In this document: one piece after another, positions 34,556-38,419 of the stretch | How the letters are laid out: every line of letters starts with the position of its first letter | Numbering within the stretch: the first letter of the stretch is position 1 | Assembly: GCA_031372565.1 (NCBI GenBank) | Contig: JANMLN010000026.1 | Location: 1-38,419 of the forward strand | Direction of reading: 5' to 3' | Origin: Gemmatimonadota bacterium | GTDB lineage: Bacteria > Gemmatimonadota > Gemmatimonadetes > Gemmatimonadales > Gemmatimonadaceae | Length of the DNA stretch: 38,419 nt | Notes under the pieces: model-generated | Seen by the model: the letters and a program-made list of their open reading frames with translations, nothing else | The model's database searches: none | What the model was told of the DNA's origin: nothing | Position numbers and translations under genes: made by a program

Positions 34556-34603
34556 CGCGTCGCTCGGCGTCTCACCATGCCAGGCAGCGCAACGCGCGCG
34601 ATG

Positions 34604-36931
34604 CTACGGCGCCGGCACCGCCACGCGTCGCACGACCAACGTCTGGTCGCCTCTGTTCGCGGGCACGACAAACGGCGGCCGCGGTGGCAAGCCGAGCGCC
34701 GCCATCGGCACGCCGTAGCGCACGGCCATGACATCGAGCATGGGCGCGGGCGTCGGCGCCGTGGGCCGCGCAACGTCGAGTTCGAACCGCACCCCAGTGC
34801 TGGCTGGCGCGAAGTACGTGATGGCGAACTGCGCCGACGCGTCCGACGGCCGGATCGGGATCGACCGACCCTCCACGCGTGCCACGCGCACGGTCGCACC
34901 AATCAGGCGGATCGCCACTGCGGGAACATCGGCCGGCGCCATCACGCGGAAGGTCAGCCTCAGTGTGTCGCCCGCCGCAGTCCAGCGCATGCTGTCCACG
35001 GTCGCGCCGGTGAGCGGCAGTCGCGGCATCGCGCGCGCGGCACCGCTCCACGCTTCGCCTCGAGCCAGCGCGGCCAACGTCGCGCCGCGTACCCGCGCGG
35101 CGGAGTCGCTCATGCGTTCCGCAGCCGCTCCCATGAGCGCGGCTCCCCAGCTGCCACTCGGCGCGTCGGCGCCCGCAGAACTCGCCAGCCATGCGCCACC
35201 GCTATCGGCATCGACCGCGTACGCGATGTTCGCGTGCGTGGGCGAGGCGTCGCTTCTGCGCACCGATGCCATGCCGTACGCCCCCGCGGCGAGCGTGGCG
35301 CCGCCGAGCAGCGCCACACCACGCGCGCGTTTCGCCGACAGCAGCGTGTCCAGCACGGGTGCCAACAGCCAGGCCGAGAGCGTCACCAGCACGGCCCCTG
35401 CTTGCGCGCCGAGCCAATCAAGCGGCAGCGCATAGCCGCTCGCCAACGCGGTGATCGGGACCAGCACCGCGAGCGCGAGCAATGCGCCCCCCCACCCGTT
35501 GATCTCGCTCACGCGCGTGTCGTAGGTGAGACTCCACGCCAGCACGGCGGCCCCCGCGAGCGGCCACGCGAGCAGGTAGCTCACCCCAGGCTGCGTGGCG
35601 GCACTCACGGCCGCGAGCGTCGACCAGAGCACCAGCGAGCCGAACCACAGGCTGCGCTCGCCGTACCAGCGCCGCAGCACCGTCCACACAGCGGCGGTGA
35701 TCGTCAGGCTGAGCAGCGCCAGCGCCGCCGCATAGATGCCGGACGTTCCGGGGCTGCCGTCCCATTGCTGCACCACATGCAGTCGACTGATCGCACCTGC
35801 CATCCACCCGGCGAGCGGCACCGCCAACACCAGCGATACGAGCACGCCGAGCGCCCCGACTGCACCAGCACGCCAGCGCGTGGCCTCGCCGCGCGATGCG
35901 TTGACGCCGCCAGCGAGCGTAATGGCGGCCACCAACAGCGCGAGCGGCAAGGCGAGCACCACGGGATACATCACGATCCCGACCGCCGGCAGGCTGAAGA
36001 ACACCGCGTCGCCGGTCTTCGGGCGCGGCAGCGGCTCTCGGCCGAACCGCTGCACCAGCGCGAGCAGCTGCTGGCCGTGGTGCTGCAGGCTGCGCGGGTC
36101 CAGATGCGCGACGTCGTCGTACGGCGTGTGGTAGCGCTCCACGCCGCCGATGAAGGCGAAGTTGAGCGCCGGCAGTCCGAGTGGGGCGAAGACACTGAGA
36201 TCGGTGTCGTTCGGCAGGTTGCGATACACGGTGACCATCGCCGAACTCGCGCTGACATCGGGCACGCTCCGCAGCGCGCGCACGACATCCAGGTTGCTGC
36301 GTCCCGTCTCGAACATCATCGAGCGTCCCGTGGTGCCGCGGGCCTCGACGTTGAGAATCATCCTGACGTCCTTCACCCACGGATGGGTGGCCACGAACGC
36401 TTCGGCGCCCAGCAGCCCCATTTCTTCACCGTCGGAAAGCAGGACGATGACGTCATTGCGAAGCGGCGGCGACGTCCGCAAGGCGCGCAGCAGCTCGAGC
36501 ACCGCCGCGACCCCTGCCGCGTCATCGCCGGCCGCAGGCCCCGTGGGCACGCCGTCGTAGTGCGCCATCACGAGCACGGCGTGCCCGGTGCGCGATGTCC
36601 CTGGCACGCGCGCGATCACGTTCTGCACGCGCGCGGCGCTGCGCCACCGTACCCCCGTCGCCTCATGAATTTCCGGCAGGAGGCCGAGCGTGCGGAGTTC
36701 GGTCATCACGTAGTCGCGCGTGGAATCGTGCGCCGCGGTGCCGATCGGATGCGGCCGAGCGGCGATCGCCTGCACATGTCGCCAGGCGCGGGCGGCGGAA
36801 AAGAGGCGCGGCGAGGCGGTGGCGGGGAGCGGCGCGGGTGGCGTACGGCTCTCGAGCACGAGGCCGCCAATAGCAGCCGAGAGCACGAGGAGTGCGGCCA
36901 AGGCGGAGCGTGGGGCCGACGATGCGGACAT
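34604..36931 (-). CDS. Membrane-bound M28 metallopeptidase (ERMP1-like architecture)
   Basis: 'FSAARAW', 'AHYDGV', 'AGDDAAG', 'DGEEMGLLGA', 'NVEARG', 'PNDTD' and 'YHTPYDD' motifs, followed by multiple TM helices. Confidence 0.9.
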   Translation of the reverse strand: MSASSAPRSALAALLVLSAAIGGLVLESRTPPAPLPATASPRLFSAARAWRHVQAIAARPHPIGTAAHDSTRDYVMTELRTLGLLPEIHEATGVRWRSAARVQNVIARVPGTSRTGHAVLVMAHYDGVPTGPAAGDDAAGVAAVLELLRALRTSPPLRNDVIVLLSDGEEMGLLGAEAFVATHPWVKDVRMILNVEARGTTGRSMMFETGRSNLDVVRALRSVPDVSASSAMVTVYRNLPNDTDLSVFAPLGLPALNFAFIGGVERYHTPYDDVAHLDPRSLQHHGQQLLALVQRFGREPLPRPKTGDAVFFSLPAVGIVMYPVVLALPLALLVAAITLAGGVNASRGEATRWRAGAVGALGVLVSLVLAVPLAGWMAGAISRLHVVQQWDGSPGTSGIYAAALALLSLTITAAVWTVLRRWYGERSLWFGSLVLWSTLAAVSAATQPGVSYLLAWPLAGAAVLAWSLTYDTRVSEINGWGGALLALAVLVPITALASGYALPLDWLGAQAGAVLVTLSAWLLAPVLDTLLSAKRARGVALLGGATLAAGAYGMASVRRSDASPTHANIAYAVDADSGGAWLASSAGADAPSGSWGAALMGAAAERMSDSAARVRGATLAALARGEAWSGAARAMPRLPLTGATVDSMRWTAAGDTLRLTFRVMAPADVPAVAIRLIGATVRVARVEGRSIPIRPSDASAQFAITYFAPASTGVRFELDVARPTAPTPAPMLDVMAVRYGVPMAALGLPPRPPFVVPANRGDQTLVVRRVAVPAP

Positions 36932-37132
36932 CGTGCTCGGGTGATCGGGGTTGCGGACGAGAGAGACGTCCGAGGGAGGCGAACACCGAACCCCACCCGT
37001 CCGGGCGGTTCACCCATCCATCAGTCGCCAAATAACTTATGTTCCGTGAACACGCGCAAGCGCCCGCCCCCCGACGCCCGGGGACGGGCGTTTCGGTTCA
37101 AGCACTCGCCGTCCCCGCCCCGAGGCCCACGC

Positions 37133-38359
37133 ATGTCGTCTGCCACCCCCGCGAGCCCCGATCGTCACCATCCTCCCGAGCTCCCGCTCGCCGGTCTGCG
37201 CGTCCTCGACCTGTCGCGCCTGGTCGCTGGCAACATGCTCACCCTCTCGCTTGCCGACTTCGGCGCCGACGTCATCAAGGTCGAGGAGCCGGGCACGGGC
37301 GACGCACTGCGCGAATGGACCGCCGGCGGGCAGCCGCTCTTCTGGAAGGTCTACGCCCGCAACAAGCGCTCGATCACGCTCAACCTGCGCTCGGCGCACG
37401 CGCGCGACCTGCTGCTGCAGCTCGTGCCCACGGCCGACGTGTTCGTCGAGAGCTTCAAGTTCGGGACGCTCGAGAAGCTGGGCCTGGGGCCCGACGTGCT
37501 GCTCAAGGCGAATCCCAGGCTCGTGATCGTGCGCATTTCGGGCTTCGGACAGACCGGCCCCTACGCGGCACGACCCGGTTTCGGCACGCTCATCGAGGCG
37601 ATGTCGGGACTCGCGGCCAAGACCGGCTTCCCGCATCATCCGCCGGTGCTGCCGAACGTCGCACTGGCCGACATGGTGGCGGGACTCTCGGGCGCCTTCT
37701 CGGTGATGGCCGCGCTCCGCGCGCGCGACGCGCACGGACAGGGTGGCCAGGTCATCGACCTCTCGCTGCTCGAGCCGCTGCTTTCGATCGTCGGCCCCGA
37801 TGCCGCCATCTACCAGCATACGGGCGAGATTCCGCTCCGCATCGGCAACCGGCTGTCGGTGAGTGCGCCGCGCAACGTGTATCACACGCGCGACGGTCAC
37901 TACCTCGCCATTTCGGCGTCCATGCAGCCGATGTGCGAGAAGCTGTTCCGCGTCATGGGGCGCGCGGACATGATCACCGATCCGCGCTTCGTGAACAACG
38001 CCGCGCGCATCGCCAACATCGACGAACTCGACCACGTCATCCAGGAGTTCGTCGGCGAGCGTACCCTCGACGAGAACACCGCGCTCTTTCAGGGAGCCGG
38101 CATCACCGCCGGCCCGGTCTACGATACCGCGCAGCTCATCGACGATCCGCACGTGCAGGCGCGTGACGTGATCGTGGAGTTCCCCGACGCCGACATCGGC
38201 TCGGTCAAGATGCACAATGTCACGCCACGCCTGTCGGGCACGCCCGGCGAGATCCGCAAGAGCGCTCCCGCGCTCGGCGCGGACAACGTGTCGGTGTACG
38301 GCGAACTGGGTGTGGACGCGGATCGATTGGCCGCGCTGGCCGCCGAGGGCGCGATCTGA
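37133..38359 (+). CDS. CaiB/BaiF family (class III) CoA-transferase
   Basis: 'PLAGLRVLDLSR', 'DFGADVIKVE', 'ARNKRSITLNL', 'ISGFGQTGPY' and 'ALADMVAG' motifs; start ATG 37133. Confidence 0.93.
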   Translation: MSSATPASPDRHHPPELPLAGLRVLDLSRLVAGNMLTLSLADFGADVIKVEEPGTGDALREWTAGGQPLFWKVYARNKRSITLNLRSAHARDLLLQLVPTADVFVESFKFGTLEKLGLGPDVLLKANPRLVIVRISGFGQTGPYAARPGFGTLIEAMSGLAAKTGFPHHPPVLPNVALADMVAGLSGAFSVMAALRARDAHGQGGQVIDLSLLEPLLSIVGPDAAIYQHTGEIPLRIGNRLSVSAPRNVYHTRDGHYLAISASMQPMCEKLFRVMGRADMITDPRFVNNAARIANIDELDHVIQEFVGERTLDENTALFQGAGITAGPVYDTAQLIDDPHVQARDVIVEFPDADIGSVKMHNVTPRLSGTPGEIRKSAPALGADNVSVYGELGVDADRLAALAAEGAI

Positions 38360-38384
38360 CCCGGGCGGCCGGCGCGCGCGCCGG

Positions 38385-38419
38385 CTACTTCTTCGCGCGC
38401 GCGTCCTTCATCAGCACGC
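38385..38419 (-). CDS. Probable 3' end of a convergent gene running off the window
   Basis: The minus strand reads '...VLMKDARAKK*' ending in TAG at 38387-38385; too short to identify. Confidence 0.45.
   Translation of the reverse strand, partial: VLMKDARAKK

Noticed and set aside
34577..37132. N-terminal 852 aa of the 1260-aa ORF (apparent giant CoA-transferase fusion)
   Set aside because: It is an Arg/His-rich antisense shadow of the M28 peptidase gene; recognisable CaiB sequence starts only at 37133.
1..38419. Autonomous mobile element (transposase, integrase, RAYT or GIY-YIG gene) explaining the repeats
   Set aside because: No ORF in the window shows HUH, DDE, tyrosine/serine recombinase or GIY-YIG motifs. 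The many remaining long overlapping ORFs are high-GC shadow frames.

Overview
A GC-rich bacterial chromosome segment. The gene content and style (many signal-peptide peptidases and amidohydrolases, TamA/TamB, HrpB) suggest Gemmatimonadota, which is an inference. About 33 intact CDSs are supported: amino-acid and peptide catabolism (APC permease, dimethylargininase, two amidohydrolases, N-methyl amino-acid oxidase, two M28 peptidases, an M19 dipeptidase), SulP, tandem DUF1707 paralogs, glutathione peroxidase, tamAB, hrpB, an arsR-arsC-arsD-arsA operon with no arsB/acr3, a GlpF-type channel, a PQQ-type dehydrogenase followed by two cupredoxin-like lipoproteins, a degenerate BrnT/BrnA pair and a CoA-transferase. 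The main non-genic signal is a ~30-bp REP-like palindrome, GTCGTCCTGAGCG(A/C)AGCGAAGGACCTGCTT, with about 22 near-full copies plus partial copies at 10 loci. It occurs as singlets, inverted doublets and tandem arrays. It can fold as a strand-specific GNA-triloop hairpin with tandem G.A pairs, its TGA is the stop codon of up to eight genes, and copies bracket the ars cassette together with an orphan 3' fragment of a methyltransferase gene. No cognate transposase or nuclease, rRNA, tRNA or CRISPR array is visible. All product calls come from motif recognition, not database searches.
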